63,305 nt of DNA, filler included, from 6 parts of 6 records of this genome joined end to end with filler, not necessarily neighbours in it, one strand, 5' to 3'. Positions 9,119 to 19,963 are shown, counted from the whole stretch's first letter. The notes: generated by a model from the sequence alone, not told the origin. Program-made: numbers and translations.

Positions 9119-9832
9119 ATGACGGATATAAACAAAGCACGTTTAGCCAATCTGCAGGTACAATTAGCGCAAAAAGTGGAAATACCAGACGAAAAAACGA
9201 GTTATAATCCTAAACAAAAAGATATTCTTTTCAGCCTGGATGTCCACTATGAGGAAAATAACGCCTATGTTGGCGTGGATGTTCAACAGTGGCGTGGTGA
9301 TCGAATAGCCACATTCGTGGGTCATACAAAAGTCAGTTTGCCATACATTGCGAATTTCTTTTGTTTTCGCGAAGGCCCGGTATTATTTAAACTCATTTCT
9401 GCTATAAAAGATCGCTTCAACCTGAAACCAGATCTCTTTCTGGTCGATGGACACGGCATTGCTCATCCCAGGCGATGTGGTCTGGCTTGCTGGATCGGTA
9501 TAAACACGGATACGCCAACCATTGGCTGTGCAAAAAAAACATTGCTAAGGTACCATAACCAGTTTGATCTATCAAGAGGAAACGTCCTCTTTATAAAAGA
9601 TTCAAATGAGGATGTCGGTGCGGCACTGGTAACAAAAGACAATGTAAAACCTGTTTTTGTAAGTGTGGGACACAAAATCAATTTGCAAATAGCTCTTAAT
9701 GTGGTGTTAGAGCTTGCTAATAGATACAGAATACCGGAACCTCTTCGCAGAGCGGATCATGATGCTAAAGCATATGCAGCAGGGATATTGTCAAAAAACA
9801 AAAAGCATGTTTATATATTAAATTCACTATGA
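9119..9832 (+). CDS. nfi: Endonuclease V
   Basis: LDVHY, PYI, FREGP, LVDGHGIAHPRRCGLA, PTIGCAK, PVFVSVGH and YRIPEPLRRAD motifs. Confidence 0.92.
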   Translation: MTDINKARLANLQVQLAQKVEIPDEKTSYNPKQKDILFSLDVHYEENNAYVGVDVQQWRGDRIATFVGHTKVSLPYIANFFCFREGPVLFKLISAIKDRFNLKPDLFLVDGHGIAHPRRCGLACWIGINTDTPTIGCAKKTLLRYHNQFDLSRGNVLFIKDSNEDVGAALVTKDNVKPVFVSVGHKINLQIALNVVLELANRYRIPEPLRRADHDAKAYAAGILSKNKKHVYILNSL

Positions 9833-9851
9833 TAAATCGGGAGGAATCAAA

Positions 9852-11438
9852 ATGAAAAAATGGGCGATACGAATTGGCCTTGTACTTGTTGTCTTTCTGG
9901 TAGTCATTTTCGCACTCTTTCTTATCCGCACCCACGATCGCCATCCAGGTTATGATCTGGATCTCAAAATCAGTTCTTCAACACCAGGCACACTGCAGGT
10001 TGGTTTTGCGGCGTTGCCCATCACTCCGGAAATAATAGATACATGGTATGACAAAAACGGAGATGGCAGATTTAAAACAGCTGATGGCGATACATTTGTT
10101 GATAACAATCGCAATGGCCAGTTTGACGCCTGCTGGATTGCCGGATTTCATAGCGGCCGTCCTGCAAACGGTGTGCATGATGATTTGTGGGCCCGAACAA
10201 TGGTGATTGATGACGGCAAAACACGCGTTGCAATGGTCGCACTGGATGCCATAGGATTTTTTCTTGATGACGTCATCGATGTCCGGAAAAAGGTTGACCA
10301 ATCAACAGATGTAGATTATACCTGGATATGTAGTACACATGATCATGAAGCGCCGGATCTCATGGGTTTGTGGGGAAAAAGCCCGTTTAAAAATGGCGTT
10401 AATAAAGAGTATATGACATATGTGAAAAACCAGATAGCCTCATCTGTGACCATTGCCGAAGGGAAAATGCGCCCGGCCACATTAAAGATAGCACAGGATC
10501 TAACGGGTGCGAAAGACCTGGTTATGGATAGCCGCAAGCCAATCGTTATGGATGACGGATTGCGACTTGTACAGGCCAGGGATGTTGAAGCAGACACAAC
10601 CCTTGGCGTTCTTGTTTCATGGGGCAATCACCCGGAAACACTGTGGTCGAGGAATCTGTTAATCACGTCTGATTTTCCCCATTATCTCAGAGAAGGAATC
10701 GAAAAAGGCCTCTTTCATGGTGAAGAGCAAGTCGTTGACGGCCTGGGCGGAATTGCCGTTTTTATAAACGGAGCTGTTGGCGGACTTATGACAACAAATA
10801 CGAGATTTCCGATCAAAGATCCATTTGCAGACACCTCGTATACAAAACCGTCTTTTGAAAAGAGTCGCGCACAGGGTCAACAATTAGCCAGACTTTCCCT
10901 GGAAGCTTTACAAAATGATAAAAGTCCGGTCATTTCAAAGGCCAGCATAACCCTGAGGGCAAAAACAGTCTATTTGCCGATCAAAAATCAGATTTTCCGG
11001 TTAGCCGCAACACTGGGTGTTCTAAATCGTGGATTTAGTGGTTGGATGAAAATGAGATCCGAGGTGGTGGCGCTTAATCTGGGGAACATCAGTTTTTTAG
11101 GCTTGCCAGGCGAAATATATCCGGAACTTGTCGAGGGAGGCATAGAATCTCCGGAAGGTCAGGATTACCATATCGATCCGGTTGAGGTTCCGCCATTGAG
11201 AGAACTCATGCAGGGTGATATTAAATTTGTGTTTGGATTATCCAATGATGAGATCGGTTATATTATTCCCAAAAGTGAATGGGACAATGATTCACCCTAT
11301 TTGTATGCGGCAAAAAGCTCACCTTATGGTGAAATAAATTCTCTTGGTCCGGAGACCGCTCCGATCTTGCATAAATCAGCAGTGGAATTGTTAACTGATT
11401 TAAATCAAAATAAATCTGCAGAAAATGTGTTAAAATAA
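9852..11438 (+). CDS. Membrane-anchored neutral/alkaline ceramidase-like hydrolase
   Basis: GVHDDLWAR, STHDHEAPD, WGNHPE, ITSDFPH, GLPGEIYPE, NDEIGYIIP motifs; N-terminal TM segment. Confidence 0.7.
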   Translation: MKKWAIRIGLVLVVFLVVIFALFLIRTHDRHPGYDLDLKISSSTPGTLQVGFAALPITPEIIDTWYDKNGDGRFKTADGDTFVDNNRNGQFDACWIAGFHSGRPANGVHDDLWARTMVIDDGKTRVAMVALDAIGFFLDDVIDVRKKVDQSTDVDYTWICSTHDHEAPDLMGLWGKSPFKNGVNKEYMTYVKNQIASSVTIAEGKMRPATLKIAQDLTGAKDLVMDSRKPIVMDDGLRLVQARDVEADTTLGVLVSWGNHPETLWSRNLLITSDFPHYLREGIEKGLFHGEEQVVDGLGGIAVFINGAVGGLMTTNTRFPIKDPFADTSYTKPSFEKSRAQGQQLARLSLEALQNDKSPVISKASITLRAKTVYLPIKNQIFRLAATLGVLNRGFSGWMKMRSEVVALNLGNISFLGLPGEIYPELVEGGIESPEGQDYHIDPVEVPPLRELMQGDIKFVFGLSNDEIGYIIPKSEWDNDSPYLYAAKSSPYGEINSLGPETAPILHKSAVELLTDLNQNKSAENVLK

Positions 11439-11520
11439 ATTGATCGTTTGCTGTTACAGGAGAACAATAACAAACGTTCCAATTTCTATCGGATAATGTT
11501 ATTATATAAGACTTTATAAT

Positions 11521-11864
11521 ATGAGCCAGTCCAGATTAGACAGAGAAAAGAAAACAATTGCGGCAATGGTCAGAATTTATTGTCTCCATCACCATAAATC
11601 AAAAAGTCATCTTTGTGAAAATTGTCAGGCACTTTTTGATTATGCCGAAAAACGGCTGCAGAAATGCCCGTTTCAGGAGGATAAACCAACGTGCGCGCAT
11701 TGTGTTGTGCATTGTTATAAACCAGCCATGAGAGAAGAAATAAAAAAAGTGATGCGTTTTGCCGGACCACGAATGATATATCGACATCCTGTTCTGGCAA
11801 TCTATCACCTTTTAGACGGCCGCAAAAAGCAGCAAGAAAAAAGTGTTCGGTTGAAGATCAGTGA
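11521..11864 (+). CDS. YgbA/nitrous oxide-stimulated promoter family Cys-rich protein (called as fused to next gene)
   Basis: REKKTIAAMVRIYC...LCENC...CPFQEDKPTCAHCVVHCY...MRFAGPRM. One extra A in a nearby A-run would end it at TGA 11862-11864. Confidence 0.75.
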
Positions 11865-11874
11865 AAGGGGTAAT

Positions 11875-12354
11875 ATGGGAAAAAATATAAAACTCCCTCC
11901 CATTCAGTACAATACCTATATAAAAGCGTTACCGCGACGCGTATATGAAACACTCACAACAGCGGAAGGTTGGGATGCCTGGTTTACACAAGGAACCACT
12001 ATTGAAGCGAACCCGGGAGGATTTATTCGTTTCAAATGGGTTGATTTCAAAGTGGAGAGATATACCTGTGAAAGTGGTGGGCCTGTTCTGCAGGCCAGGC
12101 CTAACGAAAAATTTGATTTCCAATGGACACCCGGAGACAGTACAACAACCGTCGAATTTACCCTTGAAGCAAGGGGCCCGGGTACGGTCGTTAAAGTCAT
12201 CGAATCCGGCCACACAACCTCGCAAAAAGATCTGCAGGCACTCGTTGAATGTTCTGCAGGATGGGGAGAAGCACTCACCCTGTTAAAATTTTATCTTGAA
12301 CACAATGTAACGTATGGCCCCGTTCCACACGATGCTGAAAAGGAGAAAAGATAG
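11875..12354 (+). CDS. SRPBCC/AHSA1 (START-like) domain protein
   Basis: Own RBS AAGGGG and ATG 11875; VYETLTTAEGWDAWF...GTVVKVIESG...GWGEALTLLKFYLE. Confidence 0.8.
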   Translation: MGKNIKLPPIQYNTYIKALPRRVYETLTTAEGWDAWFTQGTTIEANPGGFIRFKWVDFKVERYTCESGGPVLQARPNEKFDFQWTPGDSTTTVEFTLEARGPGTVVKVIESGHTTSQKDLQALVECSAGWGEALTLLKFYLEHNVTYGPVPHDAEKEKR

Positions 12355-12432
12355 CAATAAAAGAACTATTTTTAATCGCTGATATAGTAAAATAAAAAAG
12401 CATATTATTTTTTCTTTATAAAGGAAACCAAG

Positions 12433-13362
12433 ATGAGTGAATCTAAAATAAATCGGAGAAAGTTCATCCGACATACCTCCATTTTCTCTATACTATCAGC
12501 AGCAGGTTTGAGTTCTGACAATGCCACGCTTTATGCACAACCACAACCTGCCAGAGTTGGAGGACCACATCTTAAATTAAGCCTTAATGCCTACTCGTTT
12601 AACAAACCCCTCCTGAATGGTGACATTACACTTGATGAGGTATTGGAATTTTGTGCCGAGCTTGGATTCGATGCCATAGATCCAACAGCCTATTATTTTC
12701 CGACCTATCCTAAAGTACCGCGAGATCACATTCTTTACGAATTTAAACGTAAAGCATTTACACTGGGGCTTGACATCAGTGGTACCGGGGTTCGGAATGA
12801 TTTTACCGTACCTGACAAAAACAAAAGACAGGCGGACATTCAACTCATCAAAACCTGGATAGAAGGTGCTGCCAAACTTGGGGCACCGGTGTTGCGAATT
12901 TTTGCGGGTAAAAAAATACCAGAAGGTTATTCCAGAGATCAGGTAACAGAATGGGTTGTTGAAGGACTATCAGAGTGTGTCGACTATGCACGACAATTTG
13001 GAATTATGATTGTACTGCAAAATCACGCCGGTTTTCTTAAAACAGCGGACGATGTGTTGACCATTTTAAAACAGGTGAATTCGGAATGGCTGGGGCTTAT
13101 GCTAGATATTGGCAGTTTTCCAACAGAGGATCCTTATACGGATATTGCAAAAGTAGCACCCTATGCCGTCACATGGCAAATCAAAGAACATGTCAAGGTA
13201 CAGGGGAAACAGGAAAAAACCGATCTGGATAAATTGTTCAAAATTATCCGAGATGCGAATTACAGGGGCTATCTTCCACTTGAGACGTTAGGAGCAGGTG
13301 ATCCGAAAATAAAAGTAACAACCTTGTTAAAAGAGGTCAGAGAGGCACTTGCTTTAAAATGA
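12433..13362 (+). CDS. Sugar phosphate isomerase/epimerase (xylose isomerase-like TIM barrel), Tat-exported
   Basis: NRRKFI Tat motif; LSLNAYSF, QNH, LDIG, WQIKE, YRGYLPLE. Confidence 0.85.
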   Translation: MSESKINRRKFIRHTSIFSILSAAGLSSDNATLYAQPQPARVGGPHLKLSLNAYSFNKPLLNGDITLDEVLEFCAELGFDAIDPTAYYFPTYPKVPRDHILYEFKRKAFTLGLDISGTGVRNDFTVPDKNKRQADIQLIKTWIEGAAKLGAPVLRIFAGKKIPEGYSRDQVTEWVVEGLSECVDYARQFGIMIVLQNHAGFLKTADDVLTILKQVNSEWLGLMLDIGSFPTEDPYTDIAKVAPYAVTWQIKEHVKVQGKQEKTDLDKLFKIIRDANYRGYLPLETLGAGDPKIKVTTLLKEVREALALK

Positions 13363-13423
13363 TAAACAATTATAGCATTCTTTATTGTAAGGAACTATAT
13401 CAATAAAAAAAGAAAGATAAGAC

Positions 13424-13982
13424 ATGACCAAACAATCCATAACGACAAAAAAGGAGACAAGGGTACAACAAGTTTACTTGACAATACCCGGATCCGGAAA
13501 CATCACATGAGGCCGGAAGCATATGGGACCATTGATGAAGCAGCTGCCTTTATTGGTCTGGTCCGGGCAAAAACGAAATTAGAGGATATAAAGGATATCC
13601 TGTTGACCGTTCAAAATCACTTGTATTATATAAACTCAGAACTGGCCTGCCCCCGGATAAACTCCATCTTTTGAAACGGGTCATTCAAAAAAGGGATTTG
13701 GAAAAAATTGAAAAATTATCCACATGTATAGAGAAAAAACTGAAATTGCCGAAAAAATTTGTTATATACGGCGAATCAGCCATTTCGTCCTATCTGGATA
13801 TTGCCCGCACAGTTATCAGACGGGCAGAACGGAGAATAACCGAACTGGATTCACTTGAAAAACTGGACAACAGTATGATTCTGCCTTATCTGAATCGTCT
13901 TTCGGACACTTTGTATATTCTAGCTCGTTATGATGAATTTGCGCACAAAATCCATTATGCGTATCCAAAAATAATAGATTAA
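13424..13982 (+). CDS. Cob(I)alamin adenosyltransferase, PduO-type (two apparent frameshifts)
   Basis: Reconstructs as MTKQSITTKKGDKGTTSL...EAYGTIDE...NSELAC...ARTVIRRAER...YLNRLSDTLYILAR if one base is restored in the A-run 13447-13452 and one in the C-run 13650-13654. Confidence 0.85.
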
Positions 13983-14120
13983 AAGCTCTTTAAGGATTCA
14001 GGGATGAGACACTATCACAAAGTCTCTTACCTTCATCACAATAATACTGTTTCATAACATTGGTATTTGAATTCTATCCATGTTTCATTTGAATTATTTT
14101 TCAGTATGTTTGATAAACAC

Positions 14121-14157
14121 AAAAAGGCTCGACCGCATAGTGCAATCGAGCCTTTTT
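14121..14157. terminator. Bidirectional intrinsic terminator
   Basis: AAAAAGGCTCGA...TCGAGCCTTTTT between convergent genes. Confidence 0.8.
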
Positions 14158-14186
14158 GGGGTAATGGTATGGAGGAACCAGTACGT

Positions 14187-14813
14187 CTATTTTACAAATT
14201 TTACAAACCGATCATTTATGCGACTCCAATGAAGGTTTTCAACAAAATTCTCTATATACGCTGCACGACCCGGACCATCTTTATGATAATAGGCATGCTC
14301 AAACACATCCAGGGAGATAAGAGGAACTCCACCCCAGATAGCTCCATACTGATGTTCGTCTACCAGCACATTCAATAATCTCTGTGAATATAATGTATCA
14401 TAAACTAAAAGACCCCAGCCACTCAACTTTGCTGAAAAGGCGGTTGCCTTAAAATCTTCTTTCCATTTATCAAATGAGCCAAATTCCTTTTCAATGGCAG
14501 CCAGGACATCGGGACCTTTACTTGGATCGCCATCACCTCCCAGTACCTCCCAATAGATGTCGTGTAATAAAGCGCCTGAATGATTCCAGGTCAGACGACG
14601 TTTTAATTCACCAACCTCACTGTAATTACCGTTTGCTTTGGCCCTGTCAGCAGTCTCAAGACCTTTTTCTATTGTATTTAAAGCGGCAACATAACCTTTA
14701 TGATGTTTGTTATAATGCCAATCCGTTGTTTCAGGACTGACTACTTTAGATAACAGGGATTTTGCTTCATCGTCAGAATAGGGTCTCTTTCCCGCTTTCC
14801 ATTCGTAAGACAT
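14187..14813 (-). CDS. Fe/Mn superoxide dismutase
   Basis: HYNKHHKGYV, NHSGALLHDIYW, FGSF, SGWG and DVFEHAYY motifs; start 14813 after GGAGA. Confidence 0.93.
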   Translation of the reverse strand: MSYEWKAGKRPYSDDEAKSLLSKVVSPETTDWHYNKHHKGYVAALNTIEKGLETADRAKANGNYSEVGELKRRLTWNHSGALLHDIYWEVLGGDGDPSKGPDVLAAIEKEFGSFDKWKEDFKATAFSAKLSGWGLLVYDTLYSQRLLNVLVDEHQYGAIWGGVPLISLDVFEHAYYHKDGPGRAAYIENFVENLHWSRINDRFVKFVK

Positions 14814-15100
14814 GTTATTCTCCATAGTTAGTGACAATTAATAATGTTTTCGGTAATACAAACATCCACAAAAATATGTTTATTCCTATATATTTAGTCT
14901 TATATGAAAACATACTTGCTATTTTGATATTATTATGTTACAATTATAATTAAATAGTTAAGCACTTAAATTTAAATGATCCACATGGACATTAAAGTGC
15001 AACCACATTGATTTAATCATGTCTAATAAGTACTAGCATGTCTGTAAACAGGTTTTATCTAACCCAATCATCAAAGAATTATTAGAGTCGATAAAAAGCC

Positions 15101-18100
15101 ATGAAGAACATTGTTTTGTATAGTCAACGTACTCTTCTTACCCTTGTAGCACTTTTCGTGTTTTTACCACATCATTCTTTTTCCCAAACACGCGATATCA
15201 CAGAAGAAAGAGAATTCTTTGTTGCCAAGGGTATGTTTAGCGATCAATTATATGATCTTGCTGCAACTCAATTGCAGACATTTCTTAAAGAGTACAAAGA
15301 AAGCTCTTTTGCTGAAGAGGCACAATTTTTATTTGCCGAGTGCCAATTTCAACTGGGTGATTACACAAAAGCTGTCACAGCCTACCAGGATCTTCTCACC
15401 AATTATCCGGGTGTGGGCATCCGGGATAAAGCTCAATTTCGAATCAGTGAAGCTTTCATTAACAGTGAACAGTACGAGAATGCTATTTCTTCTCTCACAT
15501 TGTTCTTTAATCAATATCCTAAAAGCCCGCTTTTACCCAATGCCCGGTATTGGTACGCGGAAGCTCTCTATCGTACAGGCAATTCAAAGGAAGCTCTGGT
15601 TTATTATGAGAAAGTTTTTGTACAATCTCCCAATGGCCCATTAGCTGATTATGCTTTATATTCCTCTGCATTTATTTATGAAGAGTTGCAGCAATGGAAA
15701 AAAGCAATGGTTGCCTATGACGCTCTTTTGAAAAAATACCCACAAAGTAAACTTGTGGAGCAGGCTACTTATCGTGTTGGTTTCACAGCCTTTGGCAACA
15801 AGGATTATGAAAAAGCAATTTCGGATTTGTCAAATGCGATTAAAACATATCCCAACAGTTCCAATCGGGAAAAGTCGCAATATTTTATTGGGGAATCTTT
15901 TTACAAGCAGAAAAATTATGACAAGGCCATTAGTGCCTATAAGCATATTGGATCTCTTCCCGAAAATGAATACGCGGATGATGCACAATATAGCTTGGGT
16001 TGGATATACTACGAACAAAATCAATACCAAAAGGCGACACAAGCTTTTCAAAAAGCAGCCGCGATCAGTAAGGATGAAGAGTTAATTGCGTCCGCATTAT
16101 TTCAAGCCGGTCGAAATTATATAAAATTCGATGAGACAACCGCAGCCAAAGAATCCTTTAAGAAAGTTATTAGCACCTATCCTGGCAGCGCGGATGCGCC
16201 AAATGCTCTTTATGAGTACGGTTCTCTGGAGTTCAAAGAGGGACATTACGCAATTGCGCGAACCAGCTACGCAAATATCATGCATAAATACCCGGATTCA
16301 AAAAGAGCTGGTGACGCCTCATTGATGGTTGGTGAGTGCTTTCTCGCAGAAAATAATTTTAAAGAAGCCCTTAAAACGTTTGAATTTACCCTGGATAATT
16401 ATTCCGACAAACAGATCACCGCTTCAGCTGTTTACAAACTTGGCTGGACTCAATTCCGCCAGGGAGATTACGAACAGGCTCTCTATCATTTTAATAATGT
16501 ATTGCACTCTTTTCGCACATCAACGGTTGCAGCGGATGCCTTGTTCTGGAAAGCGGAAACTTTTTTCAAACAAAAGAATTATCAGCAAAGCGCCCAGGCA
16601 TACAAACAGTTTATTCAAAAGCATGAAAAAAATCCCAGAATGTCCGATGCTTTTTATGGATTGGGTTATTCAGCACTTAAACTTGGTAACTATACAGAAT
16701 CTTCACAAGCTTTCTCATCAGCGGCTTCTCTCGCAAAATCACCTCACATTCAATTTGATGCTCTCATGCGTCAGGGAGATGCCCTGTTTAATGCCAAAGC
16801 CTATAACCAGGCCATTACAAGTTATAAAAAGGTCCTGAATGCTCCGAACAGCAATAATTTCAAGGCTGAAGCACAATACCAGATTGGACTGTGTTATTAC
16901 CGGAATGGTAGCCTGGGCTCGGCCAGGGGTGCTTTTTATAATGTATTGAGAGACCACTCGTCATCTCAGTTTGCAGCTCAAGCATTATATATGGGTGGTC
17001 GTGCGTCATTCAGATCCAATGATTATGAGGTTGCGATAGCAGATTTTAAAAAACTCATAAACCAGTATCCAAAAAGTGAATTCGTTGATGATGCAACTTA
17101 TGCTATTGGAGATTGTTATTACAATCTATCCCAATATGATCAAGCTGGAACACACTATCAAAAACTCATCAGCAACTTTCCCAAGAGTGAACTGGTGGAT
17201 GATGCTGTGACAGGCCTTCAATGGTCCCTGATGCAAAGCGGACAATCAGATCAGGCGATGCAGGTCGTTGACAGTCTTGTAGCAAAAGTAGATGACGCTT
17301 CAAAAGCTGCAGAGATACTAAGAAGAAAGGCTGAATTCTTTTACAATAATCAGCAATTTGATACAGCTATTTCCCAATACAACGCTATTATAAGAGATTA
17401 TCCTGAATCAGAAGCGGCAAACAGCTCTTATTACAATATCGGCTTGTGCTATGAAGGTTTAAAAGATTCAGCCAATGCTGTATCTTCTTTTCAAAAACAA
17501 TGGCAAATATATCCAAAAAATCAACAGTCTGTTGATGCTTTGCTTCATGCGGGAGACATTCTAACCCACCAAAAACAATATGCTTCAAGTGTGGATCTTT
17601 ATGAAAAGATCCTTCGTGATTATTCCTCTGCTGATGATGTGGATATGGCCACATTTCAAATTGGTTCCGCTTATTTGTCCATGCAGGATAATATGAAAGC
17701 ACAATCCTATTTTGAAAAAGTTGTAAATAGTTCCAAAAACGATCGCGTCGTCCATCTTTCAAAACTGGGATTGGCGCGAACGTACCTAAATACAAATCGT
17801 GACTCTGAAGCGATGAGTTTACTGAATGAAATTTTGGACAACGCCAGCAAAGAAATCGCGGCAGAAGCACAGTTTTTATTGGGCGAAGCATACAGAAAAC
17901 AGGACAACTGCCAGGAAGCTGTGGTTGCTTATTTGAAAACAAAATACCTTTATGCCAGCGAAACAAAATGGGTTGTGAAAAGTATATACAATGCGGCACA
18001 ATGCAACGAAACGTTACAACGACTCTCAGATGCTCGCCGTCTTTACCAATCGATATTGAGTACGTATTCATCAGAAACAGACTATGTCAAGCTGGCGCAG

Positions 18101-18130
18101 GAAAGGCTTAATGACCTGGTCGGTCAATAA
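15101..18130 (+). CDS. Large exported tetratricopeptide-repeat protein (CpoB/BamD-like TPRs)
   Basis: Signal peptide followed by roughly two dozen repeats of the A..Y..GE...Y..A...Y..L...YP.S type. Confidence 0.9.
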   Translation: MKNIVLYSQRTLLTLVALFVFLPHHSFSQTRDITEEREFFVAKGMFSDQLYDLAATQLQTFLKEYKESSFAEEAQFLFAECQFQLGDYTKAVTAYQDLLTNYPGVGIRDKAQFRISEAFINSEQYENAISSLTLFFNQYPKSPLLPNARYWYAEALYRTGNSKEALVYYEKVFVQSPNGPLADYALYSSAFIYEELQQWKKAMVAYDALLKKYPQSKLVEQATYRVGFTAFGNKDYEKAISDLSNAIKTYPNSSNREKSQYFIGESFYKQKNYDKAISAYKHIGSLPENEYADDAQYSLGWIYYEQNQYQKATQAFQKAAAISKDEELIASALFQAGRNYIKFDETTAAKESFKKVISTYPGSADAPNALYEYGSLEFKEGHYAIARTSYANIMHKYPDSKRAGDASLMVGECFLAENNFKEALKTFEFTLDNYSDKQITASAVYKLGWTQFRQGDYEQALYHFNNVLHSFRTSTVAADALFWKAETFFKQKNYQQSAQAYKQFIQKHEKNPRMSDAFYGLGYSALKLGNYTESSQAFSSAASLAKSPHIQFDALMRQGDALFNAKAYNQAITSYKKVLNAPNSNNFKAEAQYQIGLCYYRNGSLGSARGAFYNVLRDHSSSQFAAQALYMGGRASFRSNDYEVAIADFKKLINQYPKSEFVDDATYAIGDCYYNLSQYDQAGTHYQKLISNFPKSELVDDAVTGLQWSLMQSGQSDQAMQVVDSLVAKVDDASKAAEILRRKAEFFYNNQQFDTAISQYNAIIRDYPESEAANSSYYNIGLCYEGLKDSANAVSSFQKQWQIYPKNQQSVDALLHAGDILTHQKQYASSVDLYEKILRDYSSADDVDMATFQIGSAYLSMQDNMKAQSYFEKVVNSSKNDRVVHLSKLGLARTYLNTNRDSEAMSLLNEILDNASKEIAAEAQFLLGEAYRKQDNCQEAVVAYLKTKYLYASETKWVVKSIYNAAQCNETLQRLSDARRLYQSILSTYSSETDYVKLAQERLNDLVGQ

Positions 18131-18265
18131 TTGTCACCAGGTAATTTATTGGAAATCGTATAATAAATACTAATTTTTTCCTCAACAATAATAAAATTCA
18201 TATACTTTAGAACCTTGTGTCATCCGAGATCATGGCACTTTATCATAGCGAAAGAAACAAGGCAC

Positions 18266-19963
18266 ATGAAAAAGGCGAGACTAATTATATCTATCACACT
18301 GATCCTGGGATTTTCGGTTTACGCACAGGAAAAACCGGCACCTCCTCCTTCAAAAATCACGTTGCCGTCAGATACGACAAAAGTGGAGAATAAACCGGAT
18401 AAAAAAGTAGACGCTAAAAAACCGGAAATTGAATTGCCGGATGTATTAATTTTAGGCAGAGATCGACTTGTTCGTGTTGCCGGTGAAAAAGAAACAGTTG
18501 GCCCGGAATCCCCATCTCTGCTAATCCCGGGATCACCATACGAGCCGGTAACAAAATGGTTTCAGGACACAGCATCAAAACCAGGCCAGGACCGGAAGAT
18601 CGGTCCCACGAGATTAGGTTGGGCAAGTCTGCAGATTGGTGGATACACGACAGTTCTGGCTGATGCCGGACACTGGCAAAGATTTAATACAGGTAGTTAT
18701 CAGATACGCGGCTGGCTGGACCGAAGCAGTGGCCAATATAACAACAGTGACTATTCCCAGGGAGGATTCTCTGCAAACAGCAATTACATGCTTGCCCCAA
18801 GGGTTAGTGGTACAACACAGGTTTCATATGCTCTGTATAATCGTGGATTGCAAGCCCTGACGTTTCAGGATCCATCCAGACAGGCCAGTTCCGGAAAATT
18901 TGATACCAGTTTCAAGTATGACATACAAAATCAAACCAGCGCACAGGTTCAATTCCAAATCGGTGGCACCAGTGTTAATACCGATACAAACTCAACAGAG
19001 CTGGATGCAACCAGTGATTTCTGGTATAACATGAACGCGGCCTTTTCAACTCAATTGTCAGGCATTCGGCTGTCCGTAGTGGGTGATTATAGCCAGGACA
19101 CATATGATCTAAACGATTCTACGGATACTAAAAATGCTTTAGGGACGATAACGCTCGAGGCTCTCACATCCTTTTCAAACAAATTAACAGCAGCTGTGGG
19201 TTTATCACACCAAACAATAGATTCTGAATTGGCAAGCCAGAATCCCCGTTTGTCTCCTTATGGTAAAATTAATTTTATGCCGGCTCATCAAATTGGCATA
19301 ACAGCAAAAATATATACTGGATATGAATTTAAATCATTCACCCAGTTATGGCAGGAGAATCCGTATATTGCTCATCAAATTTCTCTAATTCCTGAAGAAA
19401 CTAAATTCGGATTAAAAGCCGAATGTTATATCGACGTGATACCCGGTTTAAAGCTTCGTGCCAGTTTTCAGAGAGCCTGGATGGAAAATGCATACTATTG
19501 GGAACGAGATGGTCAGATTAATTTTATAAATCTACTTCAAATAAAAGATCCTGTTCTGACAGAATTAGAGGTCGGAGTAACAGCTGAGCTTTCGGAACGC
19601 ACCCGCCTTGAGGCATCTTTTATCAGTTATTCGGATAAAATCGACAACAATGATTTATTTTCTAATATAGACCGCATTCCATACCGGCCGGAATTTAGAA
19701 TACCTGTCAGATTATCCGTTGATCTCGTTCATGATATTTATGTTTCTGTTTTTGCTAATATTTACGGTAAACGCCCAAATGCACTCAATTCATTGAGCAG
19801 ACTTCCTTCTTTTGGAGTCCTGGATGTTACCTTGACAAAAGATTTCAAAAAGTTCTCAATCTTTGCAACCGGTAAAAATATACTGGACACGGATCATGTC
19901 CTTTGGGAAAACTATCAGGAAACCGGGGCCTATTTATTACTTGGATTAAGAGCGAAATTTTAA
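18266..19963 (+). CDS. Outer-membrane beta-barrel, TonB-dependent-receptor-like
   Basis: Signal peptide (ATG 18266, ...VYAQ), TonB-box-like ELPDVLILG, amphipathic strands, C-terminus KNILDTD...YQETGAYLLLGLRAKF. Confidence 0.75.
   Translation: MKKARLIISITLILGFSVYAQEKPAPPPSKITLPSDTTKVENKPDKKVDAKKPEIELPDVLILGRDRLVRVAGEKETVGPESPSLLIPGSPYEPVTKWFQDTASKPGQDRKIGPTRLGWASLQIGGYTTVLADAGHWQRFNTGSYQIRGWLDRSSGQYNNSDYSQGGFSANSNYMLAPRVSGTTQVSYALYNRGLQALTFQDPSRQASSGKFDTSFKYDIQNQTSAQVQFQIGGTSVNTDTNSTELDATSDFWYNMNAAFSTQLSGIRLSVVGDYSQDTYDLNDSTDTKNALGTITLEALTSFSNKLTAAVGLSHQTIDSELASQNPRLSPYGKINFMPAHQIGITAKIYTGYEFKSFTQLWQENPYIAHQISLIPEETKFGLKAECYIDVIPGLKLRASFQRAWMENAYYWERDGQINFINLLQIKDPVLTELEVGVTAELSERTRLEASFISYSDKIDNNDLFSNIDRIPYRPEFRIPVRLSVDLVHDIYVSVFANIYGKRPNALNSLSRLPSFGVLDVTLTKDFKKFSIFATGKNILDTDHVLWENYQETGAYLLLGLRAKF

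Noticed and set aside
11521-12354. Apparently novel YgbA-SRPBCC fusion protein
   Set aside because: There is an internal RBS and ATG at 11875, and one extra A in the A-runs at ~11824-11842 gives a TGA just before that RBS. The same contig shows homopolymer deletions, so this is likely an artefact.
17388-18071. Long antisense/overlapping ORFs (e.g. 17388-18071, 4168-4764, 49355-49819)
   Set aside because: Shadow frames of well-supported genes with no recognisable motifs or RBS.
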